Source of the DNA: a virus
Reading direction: 5' to 3' (one strand)
Virus record (IMG/VR): IMGVR_UViG_3300031418_000005
Location: 1-64,000 of that record
Length of the DNA: 64,000 bases
Position numbers and translations under genes: made by a program. Below the pieces are notes generated by a model that saw nothing but the letters and a program-made list of their open reading frames with translations, had not been told where the DNA came from and made no database searches. Positions 8,634 through 18,061 of the stretch are shown one piece after another. Position 1 is the stretch's first letter. Each line of letters begins with the position of its first letter.

Positions 8634-9452
8634 TTACAGCACACCGATAAGTTCGGGTACCGTTTTGCGTTTGGATTTGTCCGCCGACATAAACCGCCCA
8701 ACCTCAACTGTATGCCAGTTAAAGCCGTGGTATATTTCGCGGGTTAATAAAGTATCCGCATTAGACAGCACCACGTTGTTCCCCCGCTTTACCTGTTGGA
8801 ACAGAAGCTTGGATAACACACGGTGGTCGGTCTGCGAAAATTCTTTTTTGTGGTACTGAGCATGTTTCGCTGTATCCGACAGCGGAATATACGGTGGGTC
8901 TGCGTAGATAACAGCATCGTCTGGACACGACTCCAGCACAACACGGAAATCTGCGCACAGCAAAGTAACATTGGTCTCCCGACATTTCTTCGCCCAGGCA
9001 TTAATCTCGTTCAGCGGATAATACACCCCTTTGGGGTATTTCCCGAACGGCACATTAAAACCCCCACCTCCGTTATAGCGACACATGCCGTTGTACCCGT
9101 GACGCATTAAGTATAAAAACATTGCTGCACGATTAACCCGCGACATCCCATCCGTGCCTACCGCGTTGAAAGCTTCTCGACGCTCCATAAACGTCCTGCG
9201 AACATTCCCGTCCAAAAACAACGGTTGAGTGGCCGCAATCAAAGCTTCCGGTTCATCCTTTGCGATAACCAACAACTCAATCAAGTCTGGATTGGAGTCC
9301 GCCAGGATATAGTTGTCGTAATTGGTATTAAGGAATACCGACCCTGCCCCGACGAACGGCTCCACGAAGGTTCCTCGTTGTGGCAGGTGTTGTAATAGGA
9401 TTGGGAGGATACGAGATTTCCCGCCCATCCACTTAAGAATTGGTTTAATCAT
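8634..9452 (-). CDS. dam: DNA adenine methyltransferase (Dam/D12 class)
   Basis: LKWMGGK, FVEPFVGAGSV, GYNGMCRYN..FNVPFGKY, YADPPY motifs. Confidence 0.95.
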   Translation of the reverse strand: MIKPILKWMGGKSRILPILLQHLPQRGTFVEPFVGAGSVFLNTNYDNYILADSNPDLIELLVIAKDEPEALIAATQPLFLDGNVRRTFMERREAFNAVGTDGMSRVNRAAMFLYLMRHGYNGMCRYNGGGGFNVPFGKYPKGVYYPLNEINAWAKKCRETNVTLLCADFRVVLESCPDDAVIYADPPYIPLSDTAKHAQYHKKEFSQTDHRVLSKLLFQQVKRGNNVVLSNADTLLTREIYHGFNWHTVEVGRFMSADKSKRKTVPELIGVL

Positions 9453-9460
9453 TAATACCC

Positions 9461-9560
9461 TCTAAAACGCGCTCAGACGCGCTGTGGCAGGTTTTTAGTT
9501 ACTTCCCTGATAACCACGTCATCTTGAGCACGCATTGCTGTGCAAGCCGTAGGTGTTTGT
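9461..9560. repeat. Helically phased intergenic element, copy 1
   Basis: ctaaaacgcgctcagacgcgctgt...acgtcatcttgag resembles 40755-40850. Confidence 0.55.
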
Positions 9561-9590
9561 TTACGATGTGTCAGAAAAGACACACGCTTT

Positions 9591-9614
9591 CACAACAATA
9601 GGGTATCTTGTAAA
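9591..9614 (-). promoter_or_regulatory. TTTAC-N15-TGTG promoter-like variant upstream of dam
   Basis: TTTACaagataccctattgtTGTG. Confidence 0.5.
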
Positions 9615-9619
9615 AAGAC

Positions 9620-9646
9620 AAAAAAGAAAGGGAGCCGAAGCTCCCC
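9620..9646 (-). terminator. cUUCGg terminator
   Basis: gggagc-cgaa-gctccc plus A-tract. Confidence 0.8.
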
Positions 9647-9653
9647 GATTCTT

Positions 9654-10040
9654 TTAGTAGTCGTCTTCCAACGATGCCACGTCTTCTTCGTAGGCACGTT
9701 TGCTCGCTTCCATCCGGTTAAGATGTCGCGGGAGCGAGACACAGTTGTTGCAGATACACAAGGCTTCATCACCCTGGCGGTGGTCAAAGTCATACCACTT
9801 CCATTCGATGGTATCTTGTCGCGGGAACACGCCGTTACAATCGTTGCAGGTGACGTCTTCTTTGGCCAGCTGTTCCTGTAACGCTTGATAACATTTCTCG
9901 CACATGTAGTACGTCTCACGACCGAAGCTGTCACACTCCGCGGTATAACGGGGAGCCACTTCCCCGACCTTGAGATGTTTACAGCGGTCATCATCTTCTT
10001 TCATGACCCGCTTGGTAATACCATGGACATACCAGTTCAT
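9654..10040 (-). CDS. Cys-rich zinc-binding protein
   Basis: CKH, CEKC, CNDC, CICNNC motifs. Confidence 0.75.
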   Translation of the reverse strand: MNWYVHGITKRVMKEDDDRCKHLKVGEVAPRYTAECDSFGRETYYMCEKCYQALQEQLAKEDVTCNDCNGVFPRQDTIEWKWYDFDHRQGDEALCICNNCVSLPRHLNRMEASKRAYEEDVASLEDDY

Positions 10041-10417
10041 ACGTGTGCTCCTATGGCTTTCAGATATGAATTAAAGATACTGGTATTCTGGTGTACCAGT
10101 TCTGCCTGAGTAATGTTGACCTCTTCGTGGTTAGTATACCGTAGGAGAGGATCAAGGTAGGTTTTAAAGTCCGTTGCATCCTGTTCGGTGAATTTAACCA
10201 TCTGTAAAAACACCCCACCCTCCTTCAGGAAGTTGAAAAGTTTGCCCAGAAACAAATTATCGTAGGGGGTGTTATGGTAGAAGAACGTGCCGTTCTCAAA
10301 CCGTGTAAACGGTAGAAAGAATCGGGGTGTAGGACGCACCTCTTTTACAGGGGTGAAATTGAACATATTGCACACAGCGTCAATACCTGCGCTAATACTT
10401 TCTTTGGTGTGTCGCAT
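10037..10417 (-). CDS. Hypothetical protein
   Basis: Start MRHTKES after GAGGG RBS. Confidence 0.7.
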   Translation of the reverse strand: MRHTKESISAGIDAVCNMFNFTPVKEVRPTPRFFLPFTRFENGTFFYHNTPYDNLFLGKLFNFLKEGGVFLQMVKFTEQDATDFKTYLDPLLRYTNHEEVNITQAELVHQNTSIFNSYLKAIGAHV

Positions 10418-10427
10418 TTCTGTTCCC

Positions 10428-10799
10428 TCAGTGCGTAACGACGTTTTGACGACGAGCCAGTACACGAATCCCGGTTTCCAGTACACGGATTGGATTCTCT
10501 TTCATGTACTCGACTGCCGATTCCAGACGGAAGTTCTCAGTAACCTTGCCGTTGAAAGAACGCAGCTCAATGCTGTAAGTCAGCTTGAGGGCATCGGCGA
10601 TACGCATCAGGGTTTGAACAGTAACGGCTTTCTCACGCTCGTTTTTCACAGCGGAGATTTGGGAAGCAGAACACCCGATGAACTCGGCCAGTTCTTTCTG
10701 GGTGATATCCACTTCGGTAATACGTTTGATAATGAAAGACAAACGTACCAGGAATTTCATTTTTACGAGATGTACAGATTCGTGTTTAAAACGTGCCAT
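10428..10799 (-). CDS. XRE-family helix-turn-helix protein
   Basis: ITQKELAEFIGCSASQISAVKN..TVQTLMRIADAL. Confidence 0.9.
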   Translation of the reverse strand: MARFKHESVHLVKMKFLVRLSFIIKRITEVDITQKELAEFIGCSASQISAVKNEREKAVTVQTLMRIADALKLTYSIELRSFNGKVTENFRLESAVEYMKENPIRVLETGIRVLARRQNVVTH

Positions 10800-10849
10800 G
10801 GTAATACTCCTTTAGATTAATAGTCGATTAAGAGTTCAACCAACAACTC

Positions 10850-10880
10850 TCACCTAGGTAAAATATATCTGAGAATATTT
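10850..10880 (-). promoter_or_regulatory. Early (virion RNAP) promoter
   Basis: AAATATTCTCAGATATATTTTACCTAGGTG. Confidence 0.75.
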
Positions 10881-10918
10881 AAAATAAAGCTCCCTCTTAC
10901 CCGAAGGTAAGAGGGGCT
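10881..10918 (-). terminator. cUUCGg terminator
   Basis: ccctcttacc-cgaa-ggtaagaggg. Confidence 0.8.
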
Positions 10919-10921
10919 GTA

Positions 10922-11545
10922 TCAACCTTCCAGAATACGTTGTACGATTCGGCTGGCGGTTAATGTAATGTTGTCGTCCGACACCACGTTCATTAACGGG
11001 AACTTGTCCCCACCCTCGGTGACGATTTGGTGAGCAAAACGATACGCATCACGCAAACCGTTCCACGCCTTCTCGTCCTGAAGGTAGCGCGACGTCAGTA
11101 CATCATCGTCCCAGTTCTTGCCCTGGGCTGCTAAACGTTTCTTGTAACGCTCCATAGCGGTAGCGTAATCGATATCCAACGCCACGTAGAGTTGTGGGGC
11201 GTTGGGGTGATCGGCGACACGGGAGCGGAACACTTCACCTTTCCCATCAACACCCTGGTACGCAATTGTTGACAGACAGAAGCGGTTAAAGATGACCACG
11301 TCATAAAGCGGTACCTTTTCATCCATGGTGATGTGGAAGTCTTCACACATGGCTTCGGCAATCTTTTGTTTCGATGCACTCTGCCCCACCAGATTGCGTG
11401 CACGAATCCCCGGCTCCGTTACGTTGGTTGGGTGATTAATCATCACCGCATTGACCCCCGCTGCACGTAGCATACCCACAATGAGATTAGACAGCGTGTC
11501 TTTCCCTGCAAAGTCTGGGCCGTCTAATGACACTGATTTTAACAT
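10922..11545 (-). CDS. tmk: Thymidylate kinase
   Basis: SLDGPDFAGKDT P-loop, FNRFCLSTIAYQG; start MLKSV. Confidence 0.9.
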   Translation of the reverse strand: MLKSVSLDGPDFAGKDTLSNLIVGMLRAAGVNAVMINHPTNVTEPGIRARNLVGQSASKQKIAEAMCEDFHITMDEKVPLYDVVIFNRFCLSTIAYQGVDGKGEVFRSRVADHPNAPQLYVALDIDYATAMERYKKRLAAQGKNWDDDVLTSRYLQDEKAWNGLRDAYRFAHQIVTEGGDKFPLMNVVSDDNITLTASRIVQRILEG

Positions 11546-11578
11546 GATAATTCCCCGAGTTATTTTATTGTTGCTGTT

Positions 11579-11602
11579 CACACTATTAGCACGGGGCGTA
11601 GA
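11579..11602 (-). promoter_or_regulatory. TCTAC-N15-TGTG promoter-like variant upstream of tmk
   Basis: TCTACgccccgtgctaatagTGTG. Confidence 0.5.
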
Positions 11603-11633
11603 AAAAAAAAAGAAGGAGACCCGAAGGTCTCCT
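11602..11633 (-). terminator. cUUCGg terminator
   Basis: aggagacc-cgaa-ggtctcct plus A10. Confidence 0.85.
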
Positions 11634-11653
11634 GGGCGGGAAGAATAGACTAC

Positions 11654-12406
11654 TTACTTCTCGTTGTTATTAAGTGTGGAGATTGGGTCGGGGTTCATTT
11701 CAACCGCCGGGCCCTTCAATTCAAAATACTTGTGCGACATTAACCAGGCATCGAGTACACGTTCGACTCGTGGCTCGGCCATGAATTGCTTAACCGTTGG
11801 CCATTCGGCTTTCTTGTACGAATGGCGCAGTTCGAGATTTCCAATGTCACGAAAATCATTCATCGTACCGCTCTGTAGTCCGAAGCTGTAAGTGGCAGTG
11901 ACCTGTTGGGAATCGATGGCGCGCTGACTCCAGCCAAGCTTACAGCCCACAACCAAATCAACCCCGCGGTGATTAGCACGGAAATTTAAACTGGCCTTGC
12001 GCGACTGCGTGACTGGCGGATGCACCCATATCGTTCCGAGTAGATATTCGGAAACCGGTTCCAGGAAATCTTTTGTGATCGTGTAGCGCGGGCAGAGTTC
12101 TGCGAGCTTTTCCCAATCATCGGCGATGTAGGCTTCACGCGTTTCTTCCCGGCGTACAATCAATTTAAAGAACAGGATACCGAGCTCATTCATGAAAGCT
12201 TGTACCGCGCGAGCTTTGTTTTCCTCAGGGGGCAAAGAAACCGCCGCATTGATGTTTGTGGCAAAAGACCACACTTCACCAGTGGTTACGTCGGTAATCG
12301 CCATACGGTATCGTTTAAATGCGTCAGACCGATGTTTGACGTTGGACTCAAGGATACTGATGGTTTTCTTACCGTCTTTGGAAAACAGTACATTTGCTTC
12401 TAACAT
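11654..12406 (-). CDS. Hypothetical protein (probable paralog of 12495..13199)
   Basis: C-terminal L......PT...F...P......A.. shared with neighbour. Confidence 0.7.
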   Translation of the reverse strand: MLEANVLFSKDGKKTISILESNVKHRSDAFKRYRMAITDVTTGEVWSFATNINAAVSLPPEENKARAVQAFMNELGILFFKLIVRREETREAYIADDWEKLAELCPRYTITKDFLEPVSEYLLGTIWVHPPVTQSRKASLNFRANHRGVDLVVGCKLGWSQRAIDSQQVTATYSFGLQSGTMNDFRDIGNLELRHSYKKAEWPTVKQFMAEPRVERVLDAWLMSHKYFELKGPAVEMNPDPISTLNNNEK

Positions 12407-12467
12407 GAGGTTTCTCTCTATATAAGTTAAGGTGTGGTGAGTTTTGCCCGACTCACTACGGGTATTG

Positions 12468-12491
12468 CATATACACTGCTACTGACGTAAA
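12468..12491 (-). promoter_or_regulatory. TTTAC-N15-TATG promoter-like element
   Basis: TTTACgtcagtagcagtgtaTATG, followed by a 5'-UTR hairpin (gtagtgagt/actcaccac). Confidence 0.7.
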
Positions 12492-12494
12492 AAA

Positions 12495-13199
12495 TCACTT
12501 CTCACTATCGCGGCGGGCGTAGTAAGCTTCCATGTAGGGCAGGTTCTCAGGCAACATCAGGAATTCGGTCAGTGTTGGAATCCTTCCCAGAGTGAACTTG
12601 CGTGATAACTGAATGACCTGCGGATGGAGTTTGGTACCCCCCAATTCAATTCGGTAAATGATTTGTTCGTGACGTGAGAAGAAACGAATTTCACGTTCAA
12701 CCCACACCTGGCGTTCTTTACCAAGCACCGCCATTGGGATACGTTCATATTGCAACACATCCCGATACTTCATAGCTCGTAATTGAACATTACGCGTGGT
12801 GCTGTAAACCCGGTTCGCCAAATCGAACAGTGCATACAGGGTCGGCTCCAGTTGTGCTAACTTTATCCGGTCACCCTGCGTCATGGCTTCCTTGATATCC
12901 TTATCCAGACGACAGTGCTCGATATAATAGCGCGAAGCTTCACACAGAACGTCCTCGTACACATACGGGTCTTCCTTTTTGTACATTGGTTGGTAGCCCA
13001 TGGGAAACAGAATCATCCCGCTTTTGGCATCCACGAAAAACCCTTGCATCCGATCGGGTGTGTCGACGATACGGAAATAGTAGAGCATCATCGTGGCAGC
13101 TTTATCGCTGTGCAGGCTGACAAACTGATAACTGGTGTGGTTCATCACTTCGTTGATATTTCGTGCACCGAAGCTTTTCATAAGTGTATCCAATTTCAT
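12495..13199 (-). CDS. Hypothetical protein
   Basis: Start MKLDTL with TAAGGAG RBS. Confidence 0.75.
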   Translation of the reverse strand: MKLDTLMKSFGARNINEVMNHTSYQFVSLHSDKAATMMLYYFRIVDTPDRMQGFFVDAKSGMILFPMGYQPMYKKEDPYVYEDVLCEASRYYIEHCRLDKDIKEAMTQGDRIKLAQLEPTLYALFDLANRVYSTTRNVQLRAMKYRDVLQYERIPMAVLGKERQVWVEREIRFFSRHEQIIYRIELGGTKLHPQVIQLSRKFTLGRIPTLTEFLMLPENLPYMEAYYARRDSEK

Positions 13200-13239
13200 A
13201 CTCCTTAAGGGGGCGGATTCACTTAAATGAAATCTATCC

Positions 13240-13282
13240 AAAAAATAATAGAGTATCCCCTCACCGAAGTGAGGGGGTATAC
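13240..13282 (-). terminator. cUUCGg terminator
   Basis: cccctcac-cgaa-gtgagggg plus A-tract. Confidence 0.8.
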
Positions 13283-13283
13283 C

Positions 13284-13886
13284 TTACTGATGATCCACTT
13301 GCGGGTCGCCCCACACGGGTACTTCGGGTAAGGTTAACTCAGAAGCTTGCTCGCCGGTTACACACAGCGCGAGCAGTGCTTGTTTCGCCAGATAGTGCTG
13401 AATCCGAACGGCCTGGATATTGGTATCAACAATCACCAGTTCCGCTTGACGCAGAAGTTCTAGCGCAGCTTTCCCTTCCTGCGGCGTAGGGACACGATCG
13501 GTTTCGTGTAATACCGCGTGCAGTCGGTTGAAAGCCAATCCCCGCACATTGCACGTCGCTTCACGCAAGTCGACAACGTTATCCATGTTACCTCCCACTA
13601 CTTTATTGGTAGAGTTAGGGTAGAAACGGAACGATGCCCGACGACGTTTACGACGGATAGTGGAGATTGCACGTTGCAGAATCATCAGAACGTGATTGAT
13701 ACTACAGGTCTGCGACGGACGTTTCATCCCCGTCACAGTACACGCAATTTTTAACACCGATGAAAGATGATAAGAACGCGTAAAACCATGACGGCTGATG
13801 CAGACAGTCCGGGGCAGCTTACCGCTTTTGTTGATGTCGGTAATCGTTATCAAAAACAGCGAATCGAGAATCATCTCAGACATCAC
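13284..13886 (-). CDS. Hypothetical protein with a strong internal in-frame start at 13586
   Basis: 200-aa ORF; GGGAGGTAAC-ATG before MDNVVDL. Confidence 0.6.
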   Translation of the reverse strand: MMSEMILDSLFLITITDINKSGKLPRTVCISRHGFTRSYHLSSVLKIACTVTGMKRPSQTCSINHVLMILQRAISTIRRKRRRASFRFYPNSTNKVVGGNMDNVVDLREATCNVRGLAFNRLHAVLHETDRVPTPQEGKAALELLRQAELVIVDTNIQAVRIQHYLAKQALLALCVTGEQASELTLPEVPVWGDPQVDHQ

Positions 13887-13897
13887 AGTTTACCCCA

Positions 13898-14269
13898 TTA
13901 GAACCCCTCGATGACCGACTTCATAAAGTCGTACACCGTCTGCCGGTGTTCTTCGAGTGGGTAGCCAAATTTTGAAAAGTTGTCGTTCCAGCGTGCCGGG
14001 TAGACATCACCGTCATGACTAAAGTAACAACGCAACGGAATAAAGAAATCCGCACTGAGACGGAAGGAGAGAGAACAGCTACCTGCTTTGGCTCGCACAG
14101 TTAACTGTACACGCTTCACCCCTTCTGCCACAAATGCGTCTTCGACATCCACATACAATACATCGTCGGAACGCCGAAGGACATCCACCACATCTTGTAA
14201 ATCGTTATCCTGCCTTATATTTCCAGCGCGAATTGCACTGGTGTACTTTCGAAGTTCTTCATAGAACAT
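13898..14269 (-). CDS. Hypothetical protein
   Basis: 123 aa, AGGAG RBS. Confidence 0.7.
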   Translation of the reverse strand: MFYEELRKYTSAIRAGNIRQDNDLQDVVDVLRRSDDVLYVDVEDAFVAEGVKRVQLTVRAKAGSCSLSFRLSADFFIPLRCYFSHDGDVYPARWNDNFSKFGYPLEEHRQTVYDFMKSVIEGF

Positions 14270-14823
14270 CTTGCTAATCTCCTGTCCCGACCATACGGCA
14301 GGGAGTTATGATAATACCAATCCTCCTGCACTGGGTGGATGCCAATGTGTTCTTTATAGAACAGGAGATATTTATAAAACGTAGCCATGGTGACATCTTT
14401 CGGTGTCGCCAGGTAATAATCTTTTTCCGGTGCGTCCAGGAAGCTTACAAATATCCCGGTAAAGAACGTTCCGCCGTAGTCACCCTGGAATGGGGTGACG
14501 ATACAACGGTCTTGACACATCCCCACCTGGAAGGCTTTCTGTCCTGTCCAGTAGATTCCTCGCTCACACGCATTCCGTGTTTTGCGTTCTTCGGTGCACT
14601 GCGCAACAGCACTAAACGAAGCCCGCTGACGACGATCGGCCAATGCGGCGAACTTGAGGATTTCTTCAATGCTCATGTGGTTGAGCGTACCCGGTGGTAA
14701 AGACCAGAACGTCCCCGCAGCCCGCACCACTTTCCAGCCTGGACGTACAGTTGTCCAGTAACGTTTTACAGCAAATGTAAACCGCGTGCCGGGTTGATGG
14801 GGCACGCTGCGGATGGAAGTCAT
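14215..14823 (-). CDS. Hypothetical protein
   Basis: 202 aa, abuts the GNAT gene stop. Confidence 0.65.
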   Translation of the reverse strand: MTSIRSVPHQPGTRFTFAVKRYWTTVRPGWKVVRAAGTFWSLPPGTLNHMSIEEILKFAALADRRQRASFSAVAQCTEERKTRNACERGIYWTGQKAFQVGMCQDRCIVTPFQGDYGGTFFTGIFVSFLDAPEKDYYLATPKDVTMATFYKYLLFYKEHIGIHPVQEDWYYHNSLPYGRDRRLARCSMKNFESTPVQFALEI

Positions 14824-15288
14824 TTACAACTCCTTTACCATGTCCTGGTATTCAGTACGGAAACCGTAACGTTCGTAGAACGCAATAGCGCGGGAGTTAT
14901 TGTCCAGCACCGTGAGTTGCATCCATTTGCAGCCTTTGCTCTTACCGTAATCCCTGACGGTATCAATCAGCGTTTGTCCGACTCCTGAGGAGCGGTGGGC
15001 TTCATGTACAAAGAAGTTGTGCACCCAGAGGAAACGATTCCCCTGTTTGGTGTAGGAGAACGTAATGAAGCCCACAGGACGGTTATCGTCATCAACAGCG
15101 CACGCGCATAGAGTGCCAACATCCCACACGTCGGTAAGTGCGCTAATGCGAGAAAAGCCCTGACGGCCATTGAGTTGGTCAAGCTTTTCGTGCTGGTCGT
15201 CGTAGAGTTCATTGTGCAGTCCCAGTAGTCCTTCGCCGTAGAGCTTTCCGTATTTGCTATCAGGCTTTGTTATCAGAATGATTTTCAT
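14824..15288 (-). CDS. GNAT acetyltransferase
   Basis: FFVHEAHRSSGVGQTLI...LTVLDNNSRAIAFYERYGF. Confidence 0.92.
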   Translation of the reverse strand: MKIILITKPDSKYGKLYGEGLLGLHNELYDDQHEKLDQLNGRQGFSRISALTDVWDVGTLCACAVDDDNRPVGFITFSYTKQGNRFLWVHNFFVHEAHRSSGVGQTLIDTVRDYGKSKGCKWMQLTVLDNNSRAIAFYERYGFRTEYQDMVKEL

Positions 15289-16411
15289 TGCTGCCTTGCC
15301 CTTTCAGCGAACGTTTAACGTATTCCAGCAACCCTTCACCGATACGCACCAGCGCTGTGGTGTACGCATCTTCCAGTGCCATCGCAGACTTATACGCTTT
15401 GGTCAGCATCGACAGGTCTTTCGGTGCCACTGTTTTCAGCTCAGAGCGCATGTGTTCGACTTCCTGGTTAATCCCAGTATAGCCAACCGCTTTACGCTTC
15501 ACGCCACGTTCACGTAGCAGACCCACAATCACACGTACCGCTTTCAGGGCGGCGTCACAATCCGCATGGGACAGAGACGGGATGTGGTCGTCGTAATGAC
15601 CATCGTTCGCTACCGAATACTGGATAAGTCCGTTATGGTGCTCAACCAGAATCACGTTACCGGCAAGCGGTCGTGCAATGACTTTCTTAAACGGAGTAAC
15701 AATGCCGAGTAACCCACCGGCGCGTTTGATAGCCCAGTTGGTGGAACGACCGAATTTATCCAGTGTACCGTCTTCGTTGATTTTCTTCGATTCCAGTACA
15801 CCGCGGGTACGCACCACATATTCCTGCACCGCCCCTTCTAAGGCACCGCCTCGTGAGATAAAGCCGATGCAGCCGTGCACATCCACTTTATCTTCGATAC
15901 AGACCTTCGACGTCCAGCGTCCCGTTTCAACCGGGTGGATGTTGAGGGTCTTGTGTTCTTTTAATTCAATCGCCAGGTGTTGCGCTTGCTTTTCGAGACG
16001 TGTCGCTTTAGAGACCGCCTCTTTCATGTACTCGACTTGCTCTTTGGCAAGGTCGGCTGCAAACGCATTAAAGCGGTGCATCAGTTTCTTCGATACATCT
16101 GCGGTGACGTGCCCCGCCTTCATACCGACTTTAGCCGCCCCTTTCACTGCGACTTTACCGACGCCTTTAATGGCTTTACGGGCGTAGACGTCAGCAATGC
16201 TGCCCTGCGAAGCGGCATCGGCGGTAGCTTGTGCACGTTCCATCATTTCGCGTGACTCACGCGCCACTAATAACTCTTCGTCAGTGATACACCAACGACG
16301 ACAAATCGCTTGTACAGCCGGGTTGTCGACCCCGACACCAATAGACTCTAACGCCACTAAGCGTTCCCAATCATCGGTGAGCACTTCAAAATCTAAATCG
16401 AGCGTCGACAT
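15260..16411 (-). CDS. Putative internal head protein (AxE-processed), paralog family
   Basis: Acidic N-terminal propeptide with VALES and VARES. Middle/C-terminal similarity to 50347..52958 (e.g. RPLAGN vs ALPGN, GL..Y). Confidence 0.65.
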   Translation of the reverse strand: MSTLDLDFEVLTDDWERLVALESIGVGVDNPAVQAICRRWCITDEELLVARESREMMERAQATADAASQGSIADVYARKAIKGVGKVAVKGAAKVGMKAGHVTADVSKKLMHRFNAFAADLAKEQVEYMKEAVSKATRLEKQAQHLAIELKEHKTLNIHPVETGRWTSKVCIEDKVDVHGCIGFISRGGALEGAVQEYVVRTRGVLESKKINEDGTLDKFGRSTNWAIKRAGGLLGIVTPFKKVIARPLAGNVILVEHHNGLIQYSVANDGHYDDHIPSLSHADCDAALKAVRVIVGLLRERGVKRKAVGYTGINQEVEHMRSELKTVAPKDLSMLTKAYKSAMALEDAYTTALVRIGEGLLEYVKRSLKGQGSNENHSDNKA

Positions 16412-16433
16412 CTCCGACTCCTTTTACGGTGAC

Positions 16434-16700
16434 TTACGAAATGGACATAACGTAGTAATGGTTACGCCCCGGCCAACGGACATGGGTACCGATAATCTCG
16501 CCTGTCTCTTTGGATGTGTAAATGGTCATGTACGGATTGTTGTCCTCAGGAGCAACTTTCGCATCAAACCCTTTACGGTTCAGGTGCTCGAAGAATTCTT
16601 CTTCGCTACCTTGCCAACGACGAAGAGACACTTTTTTCTTCGGCAGCGGGGAGGGGAAGAACGCTTCCCACAAACGTTGAGCTAATCCAGTGGTTTGCAT
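16434..16700 (-). CDS. Hypothetical protein
   Basis: Start MQTTGL after GAGG. Confidence 0.6.
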   Translation of the reverse strand: MQTTGLAQRLWEAFFPSPLPKKKVSLRRWQGSEEEFFEHLNRKGFDAKVAPEDNNPYMTIYTSKETGEIIGTHVRWPGRNHYYVMSIS

Positions 16701-16728
16701 AGCGGTAGCCTCGTGTAAAGCGCTCAGG

Positions 16729-17325
16729 TCATAATAAGCGCACGCTCTCAAGCCAGGCGCGAGAGTCGGTCGCATGGTAGAAACAGGGTATCCCGCATTC
16801 CTTCGCGTACTTTACAGCCATGGCAGTCCCGCCTTTTGGATTACCGTGTTTATCGTGGGCGGCGGAATAATAGACGGCATCGACCGGGTCGTCTAAATTG
16901 TCGCCCATAACAATGTTAAGGTTGCGGCCATGCAATCCCCAGGCAAAGGGCTGGAGCTTATCGGGGGCAGGATGATGACGTGACACTATCTCCCGATAAC
17001 GCTCACCCTGAGGTATCACTCGGAACTCCACGTTTTTGTGCACATTCTTAAGCCAGAGCTTTTTGTCGTCAGGCAGGTAACAAATGAACTTGTCCTTCAA
17101 GTCTAAACGTTTACCTGTATCCTGATCGACCACAGTGGCCCACTGGCGTGCAAACTGGAATTGCAACTGGTCGGGGCCTTTGTAACACCCGCCGCTGCGG
17201 TATTCAAACGTGTACCCTTTCCGAATTAACCCATTGAAACCTCGCAGCAACCACATGTACATTTCGTGCATCGTGTCACTATCAGTTTCACGCGAACCCA
17301 CAACCGCTATTTTGTACGTTTTCAT
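16729..17325 (-). CDS. SLOG-superfamily (DprA/YspA-like) nucleotide-binding protein
   Basis: IAVVGSRE, YRSGGC..GPD, HGRN, GGTAMAVKYAKECGIP. Confidence 0.85.
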   Translation of the reverse strand: MKTYKIAVVGSRETDSDTMHEMYMWLLRGFNGLIRKGYTFEYRSGGCYKGPDQLQFQFARQWATVVDQDTGKRLDLKDKFICYLPDDKKLWLKNVHKNVEFRVIPQGERYREIVSRHHPAPDKLQPFAWGLHGRNLNIVMGDNLDDPVDAVYYSAAHDKHGNPKGGTAMAVKYAKECGIPCFYHATDSRAWLESVRLL

Positions 17326-17336
17326 AGACGTTCCTC

Positions 17337-17360
17337 CATAGCCATTGCGGTATTTGGAAA
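17337..17360 (-). promoter_or_regulatory. TTTCC-N15-TATG promoter-like element
   Basis: TTTCCaaataccgcaatggcTATG. Confidence 0.6.
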
Positions 17361-17392
17361 AAAGAAGGGAAATCCTGCCCGAAGGCAGGATT
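17358..17392 (-). terminator. cUUCGg terminator
   Basis: aatcctgcc-cgaa-ggcaggatt. Confidence 0.8.
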
Positions 17393-18008
17393 AAGGAAAG
17401 ACCCGGTATTTGAATCCGTCCATACGGCGAATCGTTACCAGTTCCTGGAGCTTACGCCCCCAGAACCCAGCCAGGTCATAGTTCAGTCCATCGAGTGTGG
17501 TCTGCACCACATCCTGACCCAGGTTATACGGCAATACAAACCGGCTGCGTGGCCCATACACAAACGATTCACACTCGTACACCAACACATAGCGGTCAAG
17601 TGCACGATCATACTCAACGTGGCACTGGGAGGGATTCTCCCAGGCTTTTGCAACAACCATCCCGTAATCTTCACAGGTGGCTTCGAAAGCTTCCATTGCC
17701 GGTTGCGACCACACGGACAGGTCTGACGGTTTGCCTTTCGACAAATCAAACCAACCTAAGTGTTTTGCAGGGATAGTGATAAACTCGTCCAGGTTTATCT
17801 TGGTGTACTGTACGACGACATAATCGTCGGGCTTTTTCTTGTCAGTCAGTTTCACTGACCAACGCCCTTCTCGCGTAGGTGGTGCCAAGTTCTCAACCAG
17901 AATGTTGTCGGTTGAAAGCGGGACATACACCGTGTCCTGATTACAAAAATTAACCAGGTCGAGCAGGGTCTGACTGTGGTGGTGCGAAAAGTCTATAACA
18001 AAAGACAT
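17391..18008 (-). CDS. Virion structural protein, tail/baseplate-associated family
   Basis: N-terminal IDFS....LLDLVN..N and two L...V....LDG[LF] motifs. Confidence 0.65.
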   Translation of the reverse strand: MSFVIDFSHHHSQTLLDLVNFCNQDTVYVPLSTDNILVENLAPPTREGRWSVKLTDKKKPDDYVVVQYTKINLDEFITIPAKHLGWFDLSKGKPSDLSVWSQPAMEAFEATCEDYGMVVAKAWENPSQCHVEYDRALDRYVLVYECESFVYGPRSRFVLPYNLGQDVVQTTLDGLNYDLAGFWGRKLQELVTIRRMDGFKYRVFP

Positions 18009-18061
18009 TTCTGGACTCCCGCGGCAGCTGGCTCTGTTGGTGGTATCATACTAACCGGGGC

